A stretch of DNA of 64,000 nt from a virus. Lineage: Duplodnaviria; Caudoviricetes. Below, one piece after another: positions 53,747 to 63,200 of the stretch (its first letter is position 1; every line of letters starts with the position of its first letter). The notes beneath the pieces are model-generated. The model was not told where the DNA came from and searched no databases. It saw only the letters and a list, made by a program, of their open reading frames with translations. The stretch lies in the IMG/VR virus record IMGVR_UViG_3300022723_000184, positions 1 to 64,000 of that record; one strand, 5' to 3'. The position numbers and the translations under genes were made by a program.

Positions 53747-56284
53747 ATGGAAGCGACGGCTCAACTTGGCAAGGTAGCCAGCCGTGAGGACTTGGAGCGC
53801 CTGAAGAAGGCTTGTCTCAAGTTCAATCCGAACGAGAAAATGGCGAGCTTGGGTGGTGAGCAGGAGGCCGGCTTCGAGCAGGCGTTCAGCTCGCTGGCCT
53901 ACGCCTACCTCAAGGACAAGGCTCCCCGTCTGCTCGATTACATCGTCGGGTTCCAGCTCGTCGATCGCAACGAGGACAACACCAAGGCCATGGGCGTCTT
54001 CGGGTTCAAGATCGGAGAGCGGTGGCTCTACGCCCCGGTTTTCTTCCTGAACGGCGACCTGAAGGGGCACGAGCTGCTGTACGTTAAGCGGCAGGACATG
54101 TTCGTGCCTATGAAGGAGAACTGGGTCAACTACCTGATGGCCAAAAAGCCGCACACCTTAGGCGAGCGGTCGCCTAAGGACACGTTCCAGCTCGGCGGTA
54201 TGGCCCCGAACATCGAGCAATTGGCGTGGCCCCCGGAGCAAAGCAAGTTCGGGTCCGACCGCGGTGGTCGTCGGATTGCTGACTGGGCCCAGGGCGTCAT
54301 GCCCATGATCGGGGCCGGCGCCACGAAGAAGGCCCGGTTCATGTACCGCGGTCAGGAGTGGGGCCGAGGCCTGCTACTCGACAAGGTCGCTAGCAGGCCG
54401 ATGCATGCGGCGATGGCCGGCATCAAGCTCGACTTGCCCGGACTGCTCCGGTCCAACGTCCACATCGCGAAGCGTGCCCACATGTTGTCGCAGACCTACC
54501 CCGGCATCAAGAAGGCCTTCGATCGGTTCTACGGTAAGGACTTCTTCAAGGACGTGGCCCTCGACATCAAGAAGGCCTACGACCGCGAGCAGAAGAACAT
54601 CGTCCCCCGCACCAAGAAGGCGGCGGCACCCGCACGCGGCAAGTTCCTGATCCCCGAGGAGCAGGAGAAGAAGGCCGCCGGCCCGCCGGTCAAGGTCATC
54701 ACCCGCGACGACGTGGCCACGGTCCAGAACCTGCCTGACCTGACGGAAGAGGAGCGGCGAAAACTGCTCAACGACGGTGTGCTCATTGTCGACCGCCGGA
54801 AGGGTGACGAGGTCAGTGTCTCGTACAACACGCAGGCCTCGCCGCAGCGGCTGGTGAATCCGGCGGAGACAGGGCTCTACGACATCCTGGAGAAACCGGC
54901 CGAGTGGAACGAGTTCCTCGTGATCTCGAACCCCTACTCCAACCGTCGGCAGCACAACGCCGTGGTCGCCGTGCGTCTGGCCGACGGCGGCAACCAGGCC
55001 TGGCAGTGCATCAGCCGCCAGGCCCTGTGGTCTCGCCACGCCTCGACCCGCGAGGACTTCCAGAAGTGGTTCGACGGCCTGGACGACAAGGAGACGCTGC
55101 AGAAGGGCGGCACGTACCTGGCGATCGGTGAGCGTGGTCAGGGCACCGTCCCGTTCAAGGTCACCGCGGTCTACGACGACGGCTGCTACAAGGTCAACTT
55201 CCTGGACAACTTCCAGCATGGCCCCAAGCACCCCGGCGATCTGTCGCACACGTTCTACGACGACTTCAACAACCACGACGGCGGCTACGTTTCGTCGTAT
55301 GGCGCCAAGCTGTTCATCAACAAGCGTCCCGACGCCGAGATCCGGGCGATTGCCGGCGAGCTGCACATCCCAGACAAGTGCAAGATCATCCAGCTCAAGA
55401 GCCCGCCCAGACCCCGAAAGGCCGAGAACAATATTGTTACCGAGGTCGGCTCAGACGAGTACGAACCGGGCGCCAGCGACCCGCCGCCGATCAAGCCCGG
55501 CAACATCGCAGACATCCAGCTGAGCTTCACGCAGAAGACGGCTCGGATGAAGATCTACGCCGACCACAACGAGGTGACGATTACCACCGAGAAGACGGGC
55601 AGCGACCGGATGAGCGCCCGCCAAGGTCTGATCGAGCTGGTGCGTCGCCACGGCCTGGCCGAGAAGCAGGCCCGGGAGATGCTCAAGCAGGCCCAGACCA
55701 AGGGCAGCAGGATCTTCCGCATCAAGTACGCGATGCCCTTCCCGTTCGCCGAGACGGTGGGCGCTGGTCCCGGCAGCCCGCAGTTCCCGGCCCCCGAGAT
55801 GGGCAGTGAGCAGCGAGGCTACGGCAGCACTCCGGCCATCTACCCGCAGGAAGAGTTCATCCCGGTCGAAGGGCTGCAGTCGGACATGACCGATCCGCAG
55901 ATTTACGATCCGTTCATGATGCCCGATCCGCACGCGGTTAGCATGGCCGAGCAGGCCGGGGCCTCGGGGCAGAAGGAAGTGTTCGACGTCGGCATGATCA
56001 GCGGCCTGCTCAAGGCCGTGCGACAGGACAGCCTGGTCGACCGGTACCTCGGCGACCTCATGAAGGCCCTGGACCGTCTGGGGCGCATGCTGTTCCTGTT
56101 CTACTGGCACCAGGAGGAGTTCGAGGACCGCTACGGCAAGGCCGACTTGCCGGAGCTGGAGGACTCCATCCGCAACGCGTTCGAGACGCTCGGTGACGTG
56201 ACGCTCTTCCTCAAGGAGAAGACGATCGGCGCCGGCCGGGACGAGCTTGGCGATCCTTCGATCGAGGAAGCAGCGAGGAACTAA
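53747..56284 (+). CDS. Large putative virion structural protein with K-x-A motifs
   Basis: 845 aa; GKVAS, EKMAS, DKVAS, TKKAA and EKKAA. Function not recognised. Confidence 0.8.
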   Translation: MEATAQLGKVASREDLERLKKACLKFNPNEKMASLGGEQEAGFEQAFSSLAYAYLKDKAPRLLDYIVGFQLVDRNEDNTKAMGVFGFKIGERWLYAPVFFLNGDLKGHELLYVKRQDMFVPMKENWVNYLMAKKPHTLGERSPKDTFQLGGMAPNIEQLAWPPEQSKFGSDRGGRRIADWAQGVMPMIGAGATKKARFMYRGQEWGRGLLLDKVASRPMHAAMAGIKLDLPGLLRSNVHIAKRAHMLSQTYPGIKKAFDRFYGKDFFKDVALDIKKAYDREQKNIVPRTKKAAAPARGKFLIPEEQEKKAAGPPVKVITRDDVATVQNLPDLTEEERRKLLNDGVLIVDRRKGDEVSVSYNTQASPQRLVNPAETGLYDILEKPAEWNEFLVISNPYSNRRQHNAVVAVRLADGGNQAWQCISRQALWSRHASTREDFQKWFDGLDDKETLQKGGTYLAIGERGQGTVPFKVTAVYDDGCYKVNFLDNFQHGPKHPGDLSHTFYDDFNNHDGGYVSSYGAKLFINKRPDAEIRAIAGELHIPDKCKIIQLKSPPRPRKAENNIVTEVGSDEYEPGASDPPPIKPGNIADIQLSFTQKTARMKIYADHNEVTITTEKTGSDRMSARQGLIELVRRHGLAEKQAREMLKQAQTKGSRIFRIKYAMPFPFAETVGAGPGSPQFPAPEMGSEQRGYGSTPAIYPQEEFIPVEGLQSDMTDPQIYDPFMMPDPHAVSMAEQAGASGQKEVFDVGMISGLLKAVRQDSLVDRYLGDLMKALDRLGRMLFLFYWHQEEFEDRYGKADLPELEDSIRNAFETLGDVTLFLKEKTIGAGRDELGDPSIEEAARN

Positions 56285-56287
56285 ACC

Positions 56288-56917
56288 ATGGCGACGCCAT
56301 ACGAACGCGAGTTTTACGAAGCATGGACCGCGGGCGAGGTCAAGGCCCTGGACTTCCCCGGCCGGTGCGAGATCACCAAGATCGCCATCGTCCGGATCGG
56401 GACCGGGGCGATCGCTGCGGACATCTACAACCGCCTGTTCGAGGGCCCGACGCACGACGTCTTCGAGATCGTCGACGACGGCAGCGGCAACGTCCAGATC
56501 AACCTGGCGGCCGGCGCCGCGGACCTCGACGACGTGAAGGTCGGCGACGTCCTGGAGGTGGCTGGCAGCTCGGTCGGTGGCTACAACGTCGCCACCCACC
56601 GCATCACGTCGATTGCCGAAGACCTTCGGTCGGTCGTGACCAGCGAGTCGTTCACCTCGGTGGGCACCGGCGGTACGGTGAAGCTCAACATCCCGACCGC
56701 CGAGCAGCCGGCGTACCAGGTGATGCCGCAGATCACGGGCACGGACAGCGTGCTGACCATTCCGCCGGGCACCGGCGACCGGGTCATCTATGTGAACCAG
56801 GACCCGCTGCCCAACGTGAACATCGGCGTCAACCGCAAGCTCTACCTGAAGATGGCCGACGCCGGCACATACCGCGTGCTGGTCAGTGCCGGCCTCAGCG
56901 TGGCGGGTGAGGGCTAA
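56288..56917 (+). CDS. Putative beta-rich structural protein
   Basis: 209 aa, beta-strand-like composition; AGGA RBS. Confidence 0.75.
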   Translation: MATPYEREFYEAWTAGEVKALDFPGRCEITKIAIVRIGTGAIAADIYNRLFEGPTHDVFEIVDDGSGNVQINLAAGAADLDDVKVGDVLEVAGSSVGGYNVATHRITSIAEDLRSVVTSESFTSVGTGGTVKLNIPTAEQPAYQVMPQITGTDSVLTIPPGTGDRVIYVNQDPLPNVNIGVNRKLYLKMADAGTYRVLVSAGLSVAGEG

Positions 56918-56929
56918 GCAGACCACCGC

Positions 56930-57979
56930 ATGCAACACATCGGCTTCAACAAGTTCCACCCCTTCCGTGAGCCGGACTGGCGTTACAAGCGAGTCCTGCA
57001 AATGGTTGACACGTTGGGTAACCCCGGTCGGTCGACGAAGCACGACGACGACTGGGTGCGTGGTCTGCGCAACTTCATCCTGCGGTACCGCAACGGAACG
57101 CGTGAAGCCCGCCGGCGGCTGTCGTACGAGAACCACGACCTCTACTTCGCCTGGACCATCCACGAGCGGGCGGACGACGACTTCGAGACGGCGTTCATGA
57201 TCGAGGCCAGGCTTCTGGCCCAACAGTCGTCCGAGGACATCGCCAAGGAGTGCCACACGCTCCCCGGGGCGATCGACTGGTACGAGGCCCTGTTCTTCAA
57301 CGTCCGTGACCGGATCCACGCACACGACTGGATCCTGAAGCACGTGCTGATGAAGGCCATCTCGCAGAGTGCCGAGCGCCTCAAGGAGGAGGGCGGCGCC
57401 GAGGCCCGATTCACACGAGCACCGTTGTCTGAGCCGTTCTGGGATTCGAGCCTGAAGTTCATGGGCTACTTCGGCGGCCCGATCATGATCGACTTCATGC
57501 TCACCGGCTACCGCCGCGGCGTGCACGCCAACAGCATGGACGACGTCTCGAACTGGCTGACCGATTACGTGGCCCACCAGGTCCACCGCCGGACGGGCAT
57601 GGCTGTTGGCCACTTCGAGGTCAACAAGTACAACGTCCTGGAGCTGGTCGGGCACCACACGCAGCTGGTGCAGCTGCAGAAGGCTCTGGCCGACCAGGGC
57701 GGTGCCCAGAACACGTTCGAGAAGAACGTCGAGCAGTTCCTGTCCGACATCCCGTGGAGCGTGGGCAAGGACGGGGCCACCAACTTCCAGGGGACCCCGG
57801 TCGCCGAGTTCGACGGGGGTGCGGCGGAACTACGAGACGACGAGTTGTTGCTGCTGTCCTCGGGCGAGTCTGCCGATACAATCAGCAAGGAAGTGGCGTC
57901 GATGAGCTTGCCGGCTGCCAAGCCGATGGAAAAGCGTGGTCAGGAGGACCAAGATGCAGACCCTCAGCAAGGAGCGTGA
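56930..57979 (+). CDS. Hypothetical protein
   Basis: 349 aa, native codon usage, in the structural gene run. Confidence 0.8.
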   Translation: MQHIGFNKFHPFREPDWRYKRVLQMVDTLGNPGRSTKHDDDWVRGLRNFILRYRNGTREARRRLSYENHDLYFAWTIHERADDDFETAFMIEARLLAQQSSEDIAKECHTLPGAIDWYEALFFNVRDRIHAHDWILKHVLMKAISQSAERLKEEGGAEARFTRAPLSEPFWDSSLKFMGYFGGPIMIDFMLTGYRRGVHANSMDDVSNWLTDYVAHQVHRRTGMAVGHFEVNKYNVLELVGHHTQLVQLQKALADQGGAQNTFEKNVEQFLSDIPWSVGKDGATNFQGTPVAEFDGGAAELRDDELLLLSSGESADTISKEVASMSLPAAKPMEKRGQEDQDADPQQGA

Positions 57980-59333
57980 GGAAGCGCTGGTCGAGGGCGT
58001 GAAGCGGGCCGTGGACCTGGTGGACAACCAAGGCCTGACGCCCGACGCCGCAATCGAGAAGGTGGCCCGGTCGAACAAGTGGGGCGAAGGGATGATCCGC
58101 TTCGCCTCGCACGCCTACAACACCGGCCGGCAAACCGCTCAACGTGAGACCAACACCAGCATCCTCGACAAGTTCGCCGAGTTCCCCCTGGCCGATCCGG
58201 CCAAGGTGATCGAGGCCATCTACCCGTCGAGCGTGAAGTCGGCCGCCGATCTCCAGCAGGAGACCGGCGTCTCGTCCGACTACATCGCCCCGCCCGCCTG
58301 GCTGGGCCGGCGTCGCAAGGTCGCTTCGATGGAGAAGGCTGCTGCGGCAGACGACCTGCTCGCCAGGCAGCCGCGGCCCGAGCCCTACCAGCCCGACCCG
58401 CGGGTCAAGATGGCCAAGACGCACAGCCAGTACGTCGAGCTGCAGAAGGAGGCCGAGGAGGCCCGCCACCAGGCGGCCGTGGCCCACGAGAGCCTGATCG
58501 GCTCGATGGGCCGCCTCGCCGAGTACTTCAAGAAGCAGGCCCGCGACCGCTACCCGTTCCACGTGGTGGAGCACGCGGTGCAAACGTACTACCCCGAGTC
58601 GGCCGGGACCCTGATGGACTTCGCCTACAAGCGGAGCCGCCTGAAGGAGGCCCGGGCCAAGGACACCAAGCTCCCCCACGTGGCGATCGATCATGACGCC
58701 GCGCCGTTCAACCTGATCAAGGAGTGCATCGACCAGGGCGGCCGTGTCGTGCGACTCCGCGAACACCACAAAGAGGCGCAGGACGCCGTCGCTCGCTTCA
58801 AGGAGGGCGAGCTTGCCCCTTTTGTGGCAGCGCCTCCGGCGTCGCCGGAGGAAGTCAAGACGGCTTCCTCTCGCTATCTGATTGACGAGGAGCCCGCCCC
58901 CGCGAAGGAGGCCGGGTTCATGTCGTCGGTGGCCGGCTCGTCGGTGGCCGACCGGACCAAGAGCATTCTGGATCGGGCCATGTCCGATGCCCCGGTGCAG
59001 GAGGCGAACTACGCGACCCTGGAGGAACTCTCCGACCCGTCGCACGAGGCTGAGCTGAGGAAGATCCGGGCCCAGTCGTTGCTCTCGGAGATGATGGACG
59101 ACGAGGTGATCGGCGGCTATCGGCCTGAGCAGGTGTTGCAGGCGTACAACGAGATCTCGCAGCTCTCGCCCCGGGGGGCCATGCAGCCGCTGATCGCACG
59201 TTCGCTTCTCCGCCGGCACCTGCAAGGCAACATGGAGCCGTTCGAGGCCAAGGAGATCACGGACATCGAGAAAGGGGTCGGCGCCACCGAGGGGCCGAAC
59301 CTGTTGGGGCAACCTGCCAATGCACTCGTCTGA
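57954..59333 (+). CDS. Putative virion protein with K-x-A motifs
   Basis: AGGAGG RBS; VKSAA, RKVAS, EKAAA, VKTAS and AKEAG. Confidence 0.8.
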   Translation: MQTLSKEREEALVEGVKRAVDLVDNQGLTPDAAIEKVARSNKWGEGMIRFASHAYNTGRQTAQRETNTSILDKFAEFPLADPAKVIEAIYPSSVKSAADLQQETGVSSDYIAPPAWLGRRRKVASMEKAAAADDLLARQPRPEPYQPDPRVKMAKTHSQYVELQKEAEEARHQAAVAHESLIGSMGRLAEYFKKQARDRYPFHVVEHAVQTYYPESAGTLMDFAYKRSRLKEARAKDTKLPHVAIDHDAAPFNLIKECIDQGGRVVRLREHHKEAQDAVARFKEGELAPFVAAPPASPEEVKTASSRYLIDEEPAPAKEAGFMSSVAGSSVADRTKSILDRAMSDAPVQEANYATLEELSDPSHEAELRKIRAQSLLSEMMDDEVIGGYRPEQVLQAYNEISQLSPRGAMQPLIARSLLRRHLQGNMEPFEAKEITDIEKGVGATEGPNLLGQPANALV

Positions 59334-60261
59334 CGAACAACTCGACATGGCTTCGATGACGCTCGCCAAGCGGGCGGCCGTCGTGCGCATGCTCCCCCCG
59401 ACCCGAGAGAAGCGGGCCCAGACCGGGTCCAACAGTTTCCTGAGCAACCTGGGCGCGATGTGGGCGGCGACCCCCGACGCGGCCAAAGGTGCCCTGATGG
59501 GTGCGGGTCTCGGCGGGGTGGGCGGTTACCTGAGCCAGGCGGGCCGGGACGAGGAAGACAGGCGGCCATGGGGCTCGGCGTTGACCGGGGCCCTGGCCGG
59601 CGGCGCCCTCGGCGGTGGCATGGGCTTGGCGGCACCCCGTCTCCGCGAGCTGTACGACACGCATCAGCTGGACCGTCAGATCGCCGAACTTGAGGCGAAG
59701 ACTCAGCCCGGCGTGGCCAACGAACTGGGACACAAGGCGGTGGGCGCAGTGAGCGGCGCTGCCCCCGGCCTCCTGGGCCTCGGCGCGTACCACGCCCACC
59801 GTAACCTGCCGGAGTACGTTGGGCAGGGCCGCTGGTTCGGCGGGCGTATGGTGAACCCCGACGACCTGGCGGCCAGGGTCCAGGCCGGCACGGCCAGTGC
59901 CGCCGACCGGAAGTTCGTTGAGCGGATCACTGAAGGAGGCCGCAAGTCGCTTTCCGAAACGCTCAAGAGCGGTTACGGCGCGTCGGGAGGTAAGGGCGGT
60001 CCGTGGTCCGCGACCAAGTTCACGCCGGGCGGGGCCCCGTACCTTCGTCGTGAGCACGGCTTCCTTCAAAAACTCCTCGGCAGCGGTCGGTACTACCCGA
60101 CTGGTACTGGACGGGCCAAGATACGGGGATCGCTCGGATCCATCGCCGCGTTCGCCCTGCCGATGCTCTTGCAGCGGATGGGTGAAAAGGCCATGCCCAG
60201 CGACGATTCGCGGCAGCTTCAGGAGCTGTACCGACAGCGTGCGGCGGCAGTCGCCAGGTAA
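59320..60261 (+). CDS. K-x-A/glycine-zipper protein
   Basis: AKRAA and EKRAQ; GALMGAGLGGVGGYL and GALAGGALGGGMGLA. Confidence 0.8.
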   Translation: MHSSDEQLDMASMTLAKRAAVVRMLPPTREKRAQTGSNSFLSNLGAMWAATPDAAKGALMGAGLGGVGGYLSQAGRDEEDRRPWGSALTGALAGGALGGGMGLAAPRLRELYDTHQLDRQIAELEAKTQPGVANELGHKAVGAVSGAAPGLLGLGAYHAHRNLPEYVGQGRWFGGRMVNPDDLAARVQAGTASAADRKFVERITEGGRKSLSETLKSGYGASGGKGGPWSATKFTPGGAPYLRREHGFLQKLLGSGRYYPTGTGRAKIRGSLGSIAAFALPMLLQRMGEKAMPSDDSRQLQELYRQRAAAVAR

Positions 60262-60273
60262 AGGAATACCGAC

Positions 60274-63200
60274 ATGTCCATGGTGAAAATCGTCGACCCT
60301 CGTGGCTGGAACTGGGACCGTCCCGTGGCCCAGGCCATCAAGGTTTCGAGTCGAGGTCTGATCGGCAACGACCGGTCTGACTTCCTCAAGACCGCGAGCC
60401 ATGAGTTCGTGGACATGATCGACAACATGAAGGTGGCCAAGGACGAGCAGCCGGTGCATTTGATTGCGCTCGGCGCCAGTGAGGCATATGGCTGCTTTCC
60501 TGCCGGTACCCCTGTCCGAATGTCTGACGGAACACTAAAGGCAATCGATCAAATTGCTGAAAACGAGTACGTTGTTGATCGTCTTGGTCGACCAGCCAAA
60601 GTGCTAAAAACATGGCAGAAACCGTGGGACGGTCCTGGAATCTCGCTGAAGGTAGAAGGGCTGTTAGACAATCTGGTGCAGACAGCTGATCATCGTTTTT
60701 ACGTGATCAAAGGGTCGCAGGTTGAATGTCTAATAGACAAGGCCAAGCACTGTAAACCGGATACCTGCCAACAGAACAAGATCTGTTCGACGCGTAATTG
60801 TGCCCGCGCATCGGTGTCGTACGACCCTGGGTGGGTAGAAGCCAAGGACATCGTGGCAGGTGATTACGTGTTGGCGGCTGTTCCGGACCGCGGTGTAGGC
60901 GAGCAAACATGGGGTTGGTCGAAGCCGTTGGCCCGCGTCATCGGCTACTTCCTGGCAGAAGGCTCTTACGAGAAATCTAAAAGCGACGGTACCCGGAAAG
61001 CACTGAGATTCGATTTTGGATTCGACGATGAACCCCATATTATCCCGGACTTTTTGGATTGCGCTTCGGCCCTCCTCGAAGACTATGACGGGCTGACGAT
61101 CAAAGGCCCATACCGCAGCGAAGACAAGCACACTATTACATACGCTCTTCGGCACGACGCTCTGGTGTCGCGAGTGCATGCTGCTGTCGGAGAGTACTCT
61201 ACCGGGAAGCGATTGTATGGGTCTGTTTTCTCACAACACCCGGACATAATTGCCGAAATGGTCGGGGCCTATCTGGACGGGGACGGTACTTGTCCTCGCT
61301 ACGCCAGGCGGGATTTGGGTACCGACGAAGGTAGGTTCGCGTGTGGTACGGCTTCACGCGATCTCGCGATCGATCTTCAATGGCTCCTTGGAAGGCTGGG
61401 CGTACCGGCGACGGTCTGTGCTGTGTCCGAAGACGCTTTGGCCGAAAACGCCTCGGGATTTTATCACGTAGGTTTTTCTAATACCGCCGGCTCGTTCTTG
61501 CAAGGGCGGTGCTCCAAGTACCGGCGGGAGGAACCTCGACAGAGTAAGCAGAGATCGTTCGCTTGGAATGGTTACATTGCTCGCCCGGTACGTGAGGTGA
61601 ATCCGGTGAGGTTGGAAGAGCCTGTGTTCAACCTGGAAGTGGAAGGTGATCATACTTACACCGTCGGTAACGGCGTGGTTGTTCACAACTCAAACCGAAA
61701 CGGCGACGGCTTCAAGGAGGCCACCTGCAAGAAGTACCACCACACGTTCAAGAAACACGCACGGTGGTACCGTAACCACCGCAACAAGAACCCCGAAAAG
61801 TCCTACGGCTACATCAAGGCCTCGGCCTACAACCATCCGATGCGTCGTGTCGAGTTGCTGACGATGCTCAACAAGACCAAGGAGGCCGCGGAGCGGAACG
61901 GCGGCCTGGTCGCCGACAAGGAGATGGCCAAGATCGCGGCCGGTGACGACATACCCGTAAGTATGGCTTGCTTTCCGGGGGATACGTTGGTGCGTAGGTG
62001 GACCGGAGAACACGTACCCATCGCTGAAATTTGCCACGGCGATCGGGTGCGGACTCATCACGGGAATGAGGGGGAAGTGACGCTGACGTCTCGCCGCCTT
62101 TACGCCGGGGATTTCGCGAGAATTTACGCTTACGGTCTGCCTGACGCGTTGTCGGCGACTGAAAATCACAGGATTTGGGTTCGCCCCGCGCTGAAAGGAA
62201 AAACACCTCGGTGTCCGGTGTGTGGAAAGCAATTCAAATCTTTGGGGTGCCATTTCCGAGAACAGAAGGACGCGCAGCACGCGTTGGCTGCGGCAAACTA
62301 CGGCCGGTACGCCGAGGGCTGGGTAGAGGCAGGCCAGGTCGTAGCCGGCGATTTTGTCCGCGTTCCGATCGACCAGGAAGTGCTCGAAGAGGGCGACGCG
62401 ACCTATGCGGCCTTGCTGGGTCTCTACTTGGCGGAAGGTAACACTTGGCAATACGCAAGGTACGAGAAGTCTCCGCTAGACACCTATCGCGGTGTCGATT
62501 TCTCGTTCCACCGAGAAGAAAAGGAACTGGCGGACAAAACGATCGGACTGCTTCACGAACTGGGTTATCGTCGTACGCACGTATATTTGAGGAAGAACAA
62601 CGTGCGACTGGTTCGTGTTTGCTCGGCAGAGTTGGCGGATCGTCTGGAGGTTGACGGAGGCAAAGGAGCCTGGGGCAAGCGAATTTCTCCGGGCATCATG
62701 AAGTGGTCGCCCCCGACGCAAAAGCTGATCCTTGAGAACTGGCTGGAAGGTGACGGTACGTTCAGCCGCCAACACCAAACGGTAGTCGGCGTGTCGGTAT
62801 CCCGCGAACTATGTCGGCAGATGGCGGAGATCGGCTGGCGCAACGGTATTTGCGTCAAACTCGGGAGACAAAAAAGAGGGAAAGGGTGCGACACCTGTAC
62901 GATTCGTCGCTCCGAAGTGAGTAGGCTTTCGTTGTCTAAGGTCCCGGCCGATTTCTTTCCGCCTTCGCCTGTGTCTGTTTCCTGCGGGCACCTGAAAAAC
63001 CAGGCAACGGCCGCCACGACTAAGCCACGTATTTCTTCCAAACCGATGACGTTTATCGAAAACGGTTTCCTTTACTTGCGGGTAAGGAAAGTAGAGCGGT
63101 TCTACGACGAGACGTATGTGTACAACATGACCGTCGAGTCGGACCACTCGTACACTGCCAACGACGTGGGCGTGTCCAACTGCCGCGTCCCTTACGACGA

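Noticed and set aside
35075-63180. Free-standing homing endonuclease genes or group I introns
   Set aside because: All eleven LAGLIDADG regions are in frame and bounded by intein N-terminal (C/S) and C-terminal (N followed by S/T/C) residues.
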